Under the pieces are notes generated by a model, which saw only the letters and a program-made list of their open reading frames with translations, searched no databases and was not told the DNA's origin. From Mustelus asterias (Eukaryota): a stretch of 64,000 bases of DNA. Position numbers and translations under genes: made by a program. Positions within the stretch are counted from its first letter, which is position 1; each line of letters begins with the position of its first letter. The DNA is taken from NCBI RefSeq assembly GCF_964213995.1, contig NC_135808.1, positions 1,798,001-1,862,000 of the forward strand. The letters run 5' to 3'. Of the stretch, positions 1 to 13,133 are shown in pieces.

Positions 1-689
1 AAATTGCCCCTTAGTGTCCAAAGATGTGTAGGTAAGATGGATTAGCCATGCTAAATTGTCCCTTAGAGTCAGGGGGATTAGCAGGGTAAATATGTGGGAT
101 TACGGGGATAGGCCCTGGATGGGATTATTGTTGCTGCAGTCTTGATGGGCTGAATGGCCTCCTTCTGCACCATAGGGATTCTATGGATTCTGTGAAGATG
201 AATTGAAGTGGTCTAATTATCGAATTCTGTATCCCGGGGAGGGGTCGGAGGGGCGGGGGGTTTGATCTTAATTGCTGAATTAATGTTGAACATTGTGCAT
301 TGTCAGCTTGTTACGAGATCTGCAGACGCCAACCGTGTGAAACCTCAATAAAGGTCACCACAGCCAGTGCTTTGCTGCCATCATTGTGCAAATGGAACTC
401 CTTATTCTGCTCGCGTGTTTTATACTCAGTGAGTTAGAGTGCATTGTCCCAGGAACCGCATCACTGTCATCGTGAAGGCAGCTTAGAGGCCGCTACAATG
501 TCGACTGCAATTAGATCCCCAACATTATCGCAGTGAGTCTCGATTGCGGTTACACAGGAACCACTTTCTTCATCATCATCACAGAAGAAATCCATGTCTA
601 ATCCGTGCAACTTCACTCTTTCCAGGATTTTCTGAGGCCTTAAGATCGATTCTTACCAATCCTTTGAAAGGGCAAGTTTAAATTCTGTA

Positions 690-1690
690 ACAGATTCCCC
701 TCTCCTGACAATACTGTGTCTCACTCTGGGGTAGGAGCCCCCACACTCACAGATTCCCCTCTCCTAACAATACTGTGTCCCACACTGGGGTAGGAGCTCC
801 CACACTCACAGATTCCCCTCTCCTAACAATACTGTGTCTCACGCTGGGGTAGGAGCTCCCACACTCACAGATTCCCCTCTCCTAACAATACTGTGTCTCA
901 CGCTGGGGTAGGAGCTCCCACACTCACAGATTCCCCTCTCCTAACAATACTGTGTCTCACGCTGGGGTAGGAGCTCCCACACTCACAGATTCCCCTCTCC
1001 TAACAATACTGTGTCTCACGCTGGGGTAGGAGCTCCCACACTCACAGATTCCCCTCTCCTAACAATACTGTGTCTCACGCTGGGGTAGGAGCTCCCACAC
1101 TCACAGATTCCCCTCTCCTAACAATACTGTGTCCCACACTGGGGTAGGAGCTCCCACACTCACAGATTCCCCTCTCCTAACAATACTGTGTCCCACGCTG
1201 GGGTAGGAGCTCCCACACTCACAGATTCCCCTCTCCTAACAATACTGTGTCCCACGCTGGGGTAGGAGCCCCCACACTCACAGATTCCCCTCTCCTAACA
1301 ATACTGTGTCCCACAGTGGGGTAGGAGCTCCCACACTCACAGATTCCCCTCTCCTAACAATACTGTGTCCCACGCTGGGGTAGGAGCTCCCACACTCACA
1401 GATTCCCCTCTCCTGACAATACTGTGTGCAACACTGGGGTAGGAGCTCCCACACTCACAGATTCCCCTCTCCTAACAATACTGTGTCCCACACTGGGGTA
1501 GGAGCTCCCACACTCACAGATTCCCCTCTCCTAACAATACTGTGTCTCACACTGGGGTAGGAGCCCCCACACTCACAGATTCCCCTCTCCTAACAATACT
1601 GTGTCCCACACTGGGGTAGGAGCTCCCACACTCACAGATTCCCCTCTCCTAACAGTACTGTGTCTCACACTGGGGTAGGAGCCCCCACAA
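690..1690. repeat. 59-bp minisatellite, about 17 copies
   Basis: Unit acagattcccctctcctaacaatactgtgtcccacactggggtaggagctcccacactc, head-to-tail with few substitutions. Confidence 0.97.
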
Positions 1691-2074
1691 CCACAGTCTC
1701 ATTGCCGACAGATTTAACCTGACGGCTCCCGGGATACATTTGAGTCGGTTCTACAGAACAGCAATCACAGAGAGCAGAACTTGTTCCGTTTTCCTCCTGG
1801 TAATCGGGGGAGCTCTCCTCACTCAGTAATTATTGTGTGTGTGGGGAGGAGGGGGGCAGTGGGGGAAGGTGAGGGGTGATATTCTACACAGGCAGGGTCA
1901 CAAAGCTTAAGGCCTCGCAGAATGAGAGCCAGACTCCTCTTCCCTCTAAGTATTGCCTTTGACTGTCATTTAGATTCATTCTGTCCACTCCCTGACTCTT
2001 AACTCTCCACATTTCCCATCTGTCCTGTCACCATTCCAAACAGGAAGTAATGGCTTCACTTCACCACCGATTAA

Positions 2075-2545
2075 TCTCTCTCTGTCTCTCTCACTCTGTC
2101 TCTTTCTCTCTCTTTCTCTGTCTCTCTTTCTCTTTCATTCTCTCTCTTTTTCTTTCTCTCTCTATCTCGCTTTCTCTGTCTCTCTCTGTCTTTCACTCTT
2201 GCTCTCTCTGTCTCTCTCTGTCCCTCTCTCACTTTCTGTTTCTCTTTCTGTCTGTCTCTCTCTCTTTTTCTCTGACTCTCTCATTCACTCGCACTCTGTN
2301 NNNNNNNNNNNNNNNNNNNNNNNNNNNNNNNNNNNNNNNNNNNNNNNNNNNNNNNNNNNNNNNNNNNNNNNNNNNNNNNNNNNNNNNNNNNNNNNNNNNN
2401 NNNNNNNNNNNNNNNNNNNNNNNNNNNNNNNNNNNNNNNNNNNNNNNNNNNNNNNNNNNNNNNNNNNNNNTGTCTTCCTCGCTGTCTCTCTCTGTCTGTC
2501 TCTCTCTCTCTCTATCTCTGCCTGTCTCACTCTGTCTCTCTCACT
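2075..2545. repeat. Degenerate (TC)n microsatellite spanning an assembly gap
   Basis: TC/TG-rich low-complexity run on both sides of the N block. Confidence 0.95.
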
Positions 2546-5500
2546 GCCTTTGCTGATGCGTGTTATCACACACGAGGCTTGAGATGCTCAGGAAATAAAG
2601 GCTTTTATTTGCTGTTACAACGAAGCTACTAATTATATACACGATCCCAGACTGAGGGGTCCCAGACAGAGCAGTGACCTTTATACCTCTCCCAGGAGGC
2701 AGAGCCCGACTGGGATGTACCACAATAACTATAATACAAGGTGTAACAGCCCAACCCTAACCCCAACAGCAACAAGTAGAACAACCCATCCCTAACCCCA
2801 ACAGCAACATATATACATACTTGTAGTACTGGCCAGACCCTGGCTCAGTACTATCTAGTGGGAACCAACGATGGTTCACNNNNNNNNNNNNNNNNNNNNN
2901 NNNNNNNNNNNNNNNNNNNNNNNNNNNNNNNNNNNNNNNNNNNNNNNNNNNNNNNNNNNNNNNNNNNNNNNNNNNNNNNNNNNNNNNNNNNNNNNNNNNN
3001 NNNNNNNNNNNNNNNNNNNNNNNNNNNNNNNNNNNNNNNNNNNNNNNNNNNNNNNNNNNNNNNNNNNNNNNNNNNNNNNNNNNNNNNNNNNNNNNNNNNN
3101 NNNNNNNNNNNNNNNNNNNNNNNNNNNNNNNNNNNNNNNNNNNNNNNNNNNNNNNNNNNNNNNNNNNNNNNNNNNNNNNNNNNNNNNNNNNNNNNNNNNN
3201 NNNNNNNNNNNNNNNNNNNNNNNNNNNNNNNNNNNNNNNNNNNNNNNNNNNNNNNNNNNNNNNNNNNNNNNNNNNNNNNNNNNNNNNNNNNNNNNNNNNN
3301 NNNNNNNNNNNTAGAATCATAGAAACCCTACAGTGCAGAAGGAGGCCATTCGGCCCATCGAGTCTGCACCGACCACAATCCCACCCAGGCCCTACCCCCA
3401 CATATTTTACCCACTAATCCCTCTAACCTACGCATCCCAGGACTCTATGGGGCAATTTTTAAAACCTGGCCAATCAACCTAACCCGCACATCTTTGGACT
3501 GTGGGAGGAAACCGGAGCACCCGGAGGAAACCCACGCAGACACGAGGAGAATGTGCAAACTCCACACAGACAGTGACCCGAGCCGGGAATCGAACCCGGG
3601 ACCCTGGAGCTGTGAAGCAGCAGTGCTAACCACTGTGCTACCGTGCCGCCCCAAGTTTGGTACATGGGCACCTTATCAGAGATGTATAAAACACATTAAA
3701 ATGAAGAACCTGCTCTCCATTACTGACCCCTCAAAAACCCTCATCCCCCAACAAACCCTGTGCCCCATCCATGCCAACTAATGCCCTCTCAAGGCCTCTA
3801 ACCATCCCGTGGCCTTGTATACATTCCATGCCAATCTATTCCCCACAACCCACCCCATTAAACTTCATACCCTCCATGCCAACCTATGACTACAGCCCCT
3901 ATGCCAACTTCATGCAACTCACGTCAACCCATCCCTTCACCCTTACATCTACCATGCCAACTCATCCAGTATCCACCATGGGGTGACCTCAGGAGCCATG
4001 ATGAGATTAAATAAAATAAAGTTCTAAGTGTCTTTTACATAATTTAATTTCACTAAAAGACTCTCGTTCGTACACGCATTCATACCACATTTAAATTTTA
4101 AAAATCTCCACACAACTTTTTCAGAAATTTGAAGGTCAGGAATTTTAAATGCTTTGACAGCTGGACAGTTGCTATTGACCCTTCTGGCAGTTCCACTGGA
4201 CAGTTACTTTTGACATTTTAGATAGTTTCTCGGCTGTTATTTTTGACACCTTTGACAATGTTGACATTTTTGACTGTCCCTCTTGACAGCTCTCTTGATA
4301 GTTCCAATGGTTTATGTACTTTTATGCACATTCATGTCTGTTTTTAACAATTCGAATGGGTCCCGTATCTCTCTCACAGAGCACCTTACCTCCCCAAAGG
4401 GCACATGACCACTCCCAAAGGTGCCGAGGGACCATGTCTAAATGGACAACCAATCTGTTCAAAAGGGTACCCTGCTCTTCCACGGACTCTGCAAAGTTTA
4501 GTTCTGCTCCTACCAGGTCGAATTTGAAGGTGGCATGTTTCCCACACCTGGTTAACATAAAAACATAGAAACTAGAAGCAGGAGGAGGCCATTCGGCCCT
4601 TCGAGCCTGCTCCAACATTCATTTTGATCATGGCTGATCATTAAATTCAATATCCTGATCCCCCCCTTCCCCCCAATATCCCTTGATCCCTTTAGCCCCA
4701 AGAGCTATTTCTAATTTCTTCTTGAAATCACACAACGTTTTGACCTCAACTACTTTCTGTGGTAGTGAATTCCACACATTCACCACCCTCTGGATGAAGA
4801 ATTTCTCCTCACCTCAGTCCTAAAAGGTTTACCCCTTATCCTCAAACTATGACCCCCTAGTCCTCGACTCCACCACCATTCGGAATATTCTTTCTGAATC
4901 TACCCTATGTAGAAACATAGAAACCTTCAGTGCAGAAAGAGGCCATTCAGCCCATCGAATCTGCACTGACCACAATCCCACCCAGGCCCTATCCCCATAA
5001 CACCATACATTTACCCCAGCTAGTCCCCCTGACACTAGGGGGCAATTTAGCATGGCCAATCCACCTAACCCGCGCATCTTTGGAGTGTGGGAGGAAATTT
5101 CACGGTAACTTCATTGCAATGTTAATGTAAGCCTTACTTGTGACTAATAAATAAATAAAATAAAACTGGAGGAAACCCACGCAGACACAGGGAGAACATG
5201 CAAACTCCACACAGACAGTGACCCAAGCCGGGAATAAACCCAGGTCCCTGGCACTGTGAGGCAGCAGTGCGAACCACTGTGCCACCATGCTGCCCTAATC
5301 CTGTTAGAATTTTACAAGTTTCTATGAGATTCCCCTCTCACTCTTCTGAACTCCAGTGAATATAATCCTAACTGATTTAGTCTCTCTTCATATAACAGAC
5401 TTGCTGTCCCAGGAAGCAGCCTGGTAAACGTTCGTTGTACTCCCTGTATAGCAACGACATACTTCCACAGATAAGGACACCAAAACGGCACAGAATACTC

Positions 5501-8500
5501 CCGGGTGTGGCCTCACCAACGCCCTATATAACTGCAGCAAGACACCACTAATCCTATACTCAAATCCTAATTAAAAGTAAAGATGCCTGGAGATGCAGTT
5601 TGACTTCAACAGCTGCCTCGGCCAAATGTGTATGTGTGAACCCTGTTCCCATTCCCAAACCCACGAAAATTGTAGACACTGTGTTTCGGGATGTTACTTC
5701 TGTAGTTTGTAAGAATCTCTGTGTCGTTGTGAAAACTCATGTCAAAAGGAACATTCCTCGTCAAATGAAAATCAGGAGTTAAATCTTAAACACTCAAGTT
5801 TTAGTTCCAATCCTGTTCATGTGAATTAATCTTAGCTCTGTTGAGTTCAAATGAACTTGCTTCAAGTTTCTGCACTTCTCACTTCCTTTTTCCTCTTCTT
5901 TCAATTCAAATTTTCTTTATTTCTGTCTTACCCGTTCTCCAGTTTATTCACTTCCCTATTTTTTTCTATATCAAGCTATTCCGCTTGTAATCGAATCTGT
6001 GCTAACTCAGCATCCGTGCCATCAGGATCACTCTTGTTCTCCTCAGAATTCAAGGACTGAGCCAGTAGAATCACAGATATATCTTAACTTCGAGTCATTG
6101 AGGTACTTCAACAACCTCTGCCTTTTTACCCCGAACACCTGAGCATTGAAAGCTGACTTTTCACTGAATACAACTGTGTAATTTCGGGATCTCCTGGACT
6201 CGTTTCGATCGCCTCAGGGGGTCGGAGAGGAATTTCCCAGATTTTGTTTTTCCCCATATTGGCCCTGGGGTTTTTCACTCTGGGTTTTCGCCTCTCCCTG
6301 GAGATCACATGGTCTGGAATGGGGGGGTGGGGGTGAGTTAATAGGTTGTAATGAACAAAGCATCGTAGCTGTGAGGGACAGCTCGGTGGATAGGATATTG
6401 GTATGTAGATAGGCTGGAAAATTGGGCGGGGATCCTGGATTCAGGATTCAATCCTGGACCGGGGAGCGGCGCGGGCTTGGAGGGCCGAAGGGCCTGTTCC
6501 TGTGCTGTATTGTTCTTTGTTCTTTGTTCTTGATTCAAATCCAATAGGCTTTGATTTGTCATGATTGCTGAAGAGACCACTTACTTTTAAAAAGGGATAT
6601 GAATTTCCGAGCTACCTAGCATAGTGCTCTACGTGCCCAGATCAACCTCATCCCCCTGATTTCAAAGCTCCCATCTAATTCACAAATGGAGGTACTGATC
6701 ACTGAGACCAATGTTATTATATAACTATCGTTACGAAAGCCCACTAACGCCTCTACTTTCTCAGAAGACTAAGGAAATTCAGCATGTCAGCTCCGACTCT
6801 CACCAACTTTTACAGATGCACCGTAGAAAGCATTCTTTCTGGTTGTATCACAGTTTGGTATGGCTCCTGCTCTGCCCAAGACCGCAAGGAACTATAAAAT
6901 GTCGTGAATGTAGCCCAATCCATCACGCAAACCAGCCTCCCATCCATTGACTCTGTCTACACTTCCCACTGCCTCGGCAAAGCAGCCAGCATAATTAAGG
7001 ACCCCACGCACCCCGGATATTCCCTTTTCCACCTTCTTCTGTCGGGAAAAAGATACAAAAGTCTGAGGTCATGTACCAACCGACTCAAGAACAGCTTCTT
7101 CCTTGCTGCTGTCAGACTTTTGAATGGACCTACCTTGCATTAAGTTGATCTTTCTCTATACCCTAGCTATGACTGTTACACTACATTCTGCACTGTCTTG
7201 TTTCCTTCTCTATGAACGGTATGCTTTGCATAGCGTACAAGAGACAATACTTTTTACTGTATGTGACAATAATAAATCAAACCAAACCAAACCAAATGTA
7301 GACTGAGGGATGTCCCTCTTCCGAACGTTTAAAGCAGTATTTTGTGGGATTTGAGTGTCACCGGCAAGGCCAACATTCATTGCCCATCTCTACCTGCTCG
7401 CTGCTGACCTGGACGTCTCACTGAACGTCTCTGATGAGAATTTCATGCACCAGCACTGATTGCAACGTTCTTTAATGGGATCCTTGTCAGAGTGATGTCC
7501 CAACAGCCAATCACGTTCAAGGATTCTCACAGACAAGCAAGCAGGAAACAAAAAGCAGCAATTCAATCACTTTCTGACGTTCCCACGTGAAGCACGCTAA
7601 TGACTGGGACGCAGACATCAGGTGAAAGAAGATAAAATATTCTGAAAAACCTTCTTGAAAACAACTTTTAAAATCTCCCAATTAATCATTTGACAACATT
7701 CCCCGAATACAACTAAACTTCCTCAGGTACAGAAGAGAAAATGCTGGAAAATCTCAGCAGTCTGGCAGCATCTGTAAGGAGAGAAAAGAGCTGATGTTTT
7801 GAGTCCAGGTGACCCTTTGTCAAAGGGTGTCTGCACTGACTCTCCTGCTGAGCATCTTACCACACATCCCCCGCTTTTGAATGGACCTACCTCGCATTAA
7901 GTTGATCTTTCTCTGCACCCTAGCTATGACTGTAACACTACATTCTGCACTCTCTGCTTTCCTTCTCTATGTACAGTATGCTTTGTCTGTATAGCGCGCA
8001 AGAGACAATACTTTTCACTGTATACTAATACATGTGACAATAATAAATCAAATCAAATCGAATTCTGTGGTGCTTTGAGGGATCATTGAAATAAAATCAT
8101 AACTCTGACAACGTGGCATCGTCTTCCAAATATGAACGTACAATCCAAATTTATTGCACATGAACAATATCGTGACAGGTCAAGACAAAAACAATAACGT
8201 ATTTATATAGCACATGTTACACACACTTCACGAGATAGTGAACAAATAAAGGTTTCCATGCAACTGGAGAAGGGATTAACACATGTTCAAAAACTTGGTC
8301 AGATTGCTTGGTTTGAAAGAGGGTTTTAGAATCATAGTATCCCTACGGTGCAGAAAGAGGCCATTCAGCCCATCAAGTCTGCAGCAACAACAATCCCACC
8401 CAGGTCCTATCCCCGCAACCTCACATATTTACCCGACTAATACCCCTGACACTAAGGGGCAATTTAGCATGAGCAATCCACCTAACCCGCACATCTTTGG

Positions 8501-9610
8501 ACCCTAAGGGGCAACTTAGCATGGCCAATCCACCTAACCTGCACATCTTAGGACACTAAGGGACAACTTAGCATGGCCAATCCACCTAACCTGCACATCT
8601 TTGGACCCTAAGGGGAAATTTAGCATGGCCAATCCACCTAACCTGCACATCTTTGGACCCTAAGGGGAAATTTAGCATGGCCAATCCACCTAACCTGCAC
8701 ATCTTTGGACCCTAAGGGGAAATTTAGCATGGCCAATCCACCTAACCTGCACATCTTTGGACCCTAAGGGGCAATTTAGCATGGCCAATCCACCTAACCT
8801 GCCCATCTTTAAACTGTGGGAGGAAACCGGAGCACCCGGAGGAAATCCACGCAGACATGGGGAGAATGTGCAGACTCCACACAGGCAGTGACCCAAGGCT
8901 GGAATTGAACCCGGGTCCCTGGCACTGTGAGCCAGCAGTGCTAGCCACTGTGCCATCATGCCACCCATGTTTTTATCTGAGGGTGAGGGAGATTTGCATT
9001 AAATTATATTTCATCCATTGCATTCTATGTGCCCGTGGGGTCCTGGGCACTGTTATTCTTTTAGGTTTGTCACTCCGCAGCTTCCTGTATCCTTGGTATT
9101 CAAAAACCACTGTGCGGCCTTGGAAAAGACACTGAATCAGTGCGGAAGGTTCATGTCTTCTTCCAAGTCTTCTTCCGTGACTCCCGTTCAGCTCAGTGCA
9201 CAGTGGTTAGATCACTGGACGAGTGATTGAGAGGCGTGGATTTACGCTTCAGCGGATATCAGGTCAAATCCAAACGCAGCTCTGAATTTCAGTTCAGTTA
9301 ATTAAATATACCTTGAATTTATAAAAGGGAGAAAAAGCTGGCATCAGAACGGTGACCATTTGAGTACTCGATTGTCGGGAAAGGACATTTACATCAGGGA
9401 GTCAAAAAGCTGAAGTTTATTTATTAGTGTCACAAGTAGGCTTACATTAACACTGCAATGAATTTACTGTGAAAATTCCCTAGTCGCCGCACTCCGGCAC
9501 CTGTTCGGGTTACACTGAGGGAAAATGTGCAGACGGTCCTTTCAGACTGTGGGAGGAAACCGGAGCACCCGGAGGAAACCCACGCTGACACGGGGAGAAT
9601 GTGCAGACTC

Positions 9611-10172
9611 ATGGAATCATAAGACATAGGAGCAGAATTAGGCCACTCGGCCCATCGAGTCTGCTCCACCATTCAATCATGGCTGATTTTTTTCTCATCC
9701 CCATTCTCCTGCCTTTTCCCCGTAACCCCTGACCCCCTTATCAATCAAGAACCTATCTATCTCTGTCTTAAAGACACTCAATGACCCGGCCTCCACAGTC
9801 TTCTGTGGCAAAGAGTTCCACATATTCATCATTCTCTGGCTGAAGAAATTCCTCCTCATCTCTGTTTTAAAGGATCGTCCCTTTAGCCTGAGGTTGTGCC
9901 CTCTGGTTCTAGTTTTTTCTACTAGTAGAAACATCCTCTCCACGTCCGCTCTATCCAGGCCTCGCAGTATCCTGTAAGTTTCAATAAGATCCCCCCTCAT
10001 CCTTCTAAACTCCAACGAGTACAGACCCAGAGTCCTCAACCGTTCCTCATACGACAAGCTCTTCATTCCAGGGATCATTCTTGTGAACCCCCTCTGGACC
10101 CTTTCCAAGGCCAGCACATCCTTCCTTAGATATGAGGCCCAAAACTGCCCACAATACTCCAAATGGGGTCTG
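9611..10172 (-). mobile_element. CR1 3' fragment inserted into an HE1-type SINE
   Basis: RPHLEYCGQFW...RNFFSQR motifs; SINE halves flank it at 9415-9610 and 10172-10265. Confidence 0.8.
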
Positions 10173-11079
10173 ACTCTGCACAGACAGTGACCCAAGCCGA
10201 GAATTGAAGCCGGGTCCTTGGCGCTGTGAGGCAACAGTGCTAACCATTGTGTCATCGTGCCGCCCTTACAAGTCCTTCCCTGTCTGGTCTCTCTCTCTGC
10301 CACTCCAGACTCTCAATAACATGGCTGACTCCCAACTTCCCTCTGGAACAGGTCAGTCAGCCGCCATCTTGGCAACCGAATGGCACACTTATTGGGACAA
10401 GGGCAATTAGTGATGGGCAATAGACCTTGGTGCTGTCAGCGCTTGGCTTTTTAAAAATTCATTCATGGGACATGGGCGTCGCTGGCTGGCCAGCATTTAT
10501 TGTCCCTCCCTTGTTGCCCTTGAAGGGCAGTTGAGAGTCAACTACATTGCTGTGGCTCTGGAGTCACATGTAGGCCAGACCGGGCCAATATGGCAGATTT
10601 CCTTCCCTAAAGGAAACCAGATGGGTTTTTCGTACAATCGACAATCGATTCATGGTCATCAGTAGATTCTTAATTCCAGATTTTTTTTCCATTGAATTCA
10701 AATTCCACCATCTGCCATGGCGGGATTCGAACCCAGGACCCAGAACATTAGCTGAACTGCTGGATTAATAGTCGAGTGATAATACCACGAGGCCATCACC
10801 TCCCTGTCACATTCACTGATCTGCTTTTGATTTGTGTGAGGCGGGTGATTTTTAAGAGAGGAAGCCGTGACAGTGTGGAATCAAGCGAGCAGTGACCACT
10901 TACGGCCCCCTGCCCTCCATTGATCCTATACCCTGCCTTTCCCGCCCTATTGAATGGCATGTTCATAGAATCATCGGATCCCTACAATGCAGAAGGAGGC
11001 CAGTCAGCTCATCGAGTCTGCACTGATAACAATCCCACCCTATCCCCGTAACCCCATGTATTTACCCTATTGATCCCCC

Positions 11080-12275
11080 TGACACTAAGGGATAATTTGG
11101 CATGGCTAATCCACCTAACCTGCACATCTTTAGACACTAAGGGGCAATTTAGCATGGCCAATCCACCTAACCTGCACATCTTTAGACACTAAGGGGCAAT
11201 TTAGCATGGCCAATCCACCTAACCTACACATCTTTAGACACTAAGGGGCAATTTAGCATGGCCAACCACTTAACCTACACATCTTTGGACACGAAGGGGC
11301 AATTTAGCATGGCTAATCCACCTAACCTGCACATCTTTGGGCACTAAGGGACAATTTAGCATGGCCAATCCACCTAACCTACACACCTTTGGGCACTAAG
11401 GGACAATTTAGCATGGCCAATTCAACTAATCTACACATCTTTTGACACTAAGGGATAATTTAGCATGGCTAATCCACCTAACCTGCACATCTTTAGACAC
11501 TAAGGGGCAATTTAGCATGGCCAATCCACCTAACCTACACATCTTTAGACACTAAGGGGCAATTTAGCATGGCCAATCCACCTAACCTACACATCTTTAG
11601 ACACTAAGGGGCAATTTAGCATGGCCAATCCACCTAACCTACACATCTTTAGACACTAAGGGGCAATTTAGCATGGCCAAACCACTTAACCTACACATCT
11701 TTGGACACGAAGGGGCAATTTAGCATGGCCAATCCACCTAACCTGCACATCTTTGGACACGAAGGGGCAATTTAGCATGGCTAATCCACCTAATCTACAC
11801 ATCTTTTGACACTAAGGGATAATTTAGCATGGCTAATCCACCTAACCTGCACATCTTTAGACACTAAGGGGCAATTTAGCATGGCCAATCCACCTAACCT
11901 ACACATCTTTAGACACTAAGGGGCAATTTAGCATGGCCAATCCACCTAACCTACACATCTTTAGACACTAAGGGGCAATTTAGCATGGCCAATCCACCTA
12001 ACCTACACATCTTTAGACACTAAGGGGCAATTTAGCATGGCCAAACCACTTAACCTATACATCTTTGGACACGAAGGGGCAATTTAGCATGGCCAATCCA
12101 CCTGACCTGCACATCTTTAGACACTAAGGGGCAATTTAGCATGGCCAATCCACCTAACCTACACATCTTTGGGCACTAAGGGACAATTTAGCATGGCTAA
12201 TCCACCTAACCTACACATCTTTGGACACTAAGGGGCAATTTAGCATGGCCAATCCACCTACCCTGCACATCTTTG
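11080..12275 (-). repeat. 52-bp tandem array (about 23 copies) inside an HE1-type SINE
   Basis: Unit ggacactaaggggcaatttagcatggccaatccacctaacctgcacatcttt; SINE tail and head flank the array. Confidence 0.95.
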
Positions 12276-12588
12276 GAGTGTGAGAGGAACCGGCGAAGAC
12301 ACGGGAAACGTGCAAACTCCCCACAGACAGTGACCCAAGCCGGGAATTGAACCTGGGTCCCTGGTGCTAACCACTGTGCCACCGTGTTTTGTCAGAAGGG
12401 AACAAAACAGCAAAGCGGGGAAATAAGAGACAGTTCAGACCAGTATTTCCATTTCCCATTCTTATTGCTGTCTTTCCATTCTGGGAGCTCTGAGTTATGC
12501 TCAGTGCTTCAGCTGTCCTTCAGGCGATAAGAATTTGAAAGGCAGTACTTGAACAGAAAGAGAAAGGATGAGAAGAGCGGTGTGGTGA

Positions 12589-13133
12589 TTAATGACCTTT
12601 GACGGAGCAGATCTTTAGCGGTTGGGAGTTCTCTCCCTGACTATTCAGGCAGGGACTGAAGAAGGGATAAAGGCGCTCCGTGAAGGTGTGGGTGAAAGTG
12701 TGGAGGTGGAGCATGTTGTCCGCATTGTAAAATGACACCTGCCCCTGTTCGTAGTCCAGGTAGACCCCGATCTTGCAGGGCTTGCTGCTGACGGTCAGGA
12801 TGGTGCGTGGCAGCGTTCCCGCTTTGTATTCATTCCTTCTCAGCCACACGATCCAGTAGCCAGCCTCTGGCGTGGCCGTGATGTCCCCCTTCCTGTTGAT
12901 AGACTCTGCCACCACTCCGAGGTCCCATTCGGTGCTCTCCCCCACCTCCACCTCCCAGTAGTGCTTCCCCGATGTGAACCCCTCGGAGGCCAGGACGCAC
13001 ACGCACGGGTAGAACCTCTCCGGCGTCTCGGGAAGCAGCTGCCCTTGGTCTCCGTATCTCACGCTGGTCAGGTCATCCGAGAGGATCAGCCAGGAATGCG
13101 CTGTGTTTGGATCCAGAGTCAGGCACCTGGGAG
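12589..13133 (-). CDS. TRIM exon 6: PRY-SPRY (B30.2) domain and stop
   Basis: [61 protein letters not shown]; acceptor attccAG. Confidence 0.96.

Noticed and set aside
690-1690. CRISPR-like regular array
   Set aside because: Pure tandem 59-bp units with no unique spacers, no cas genes, and a vertebrate context.
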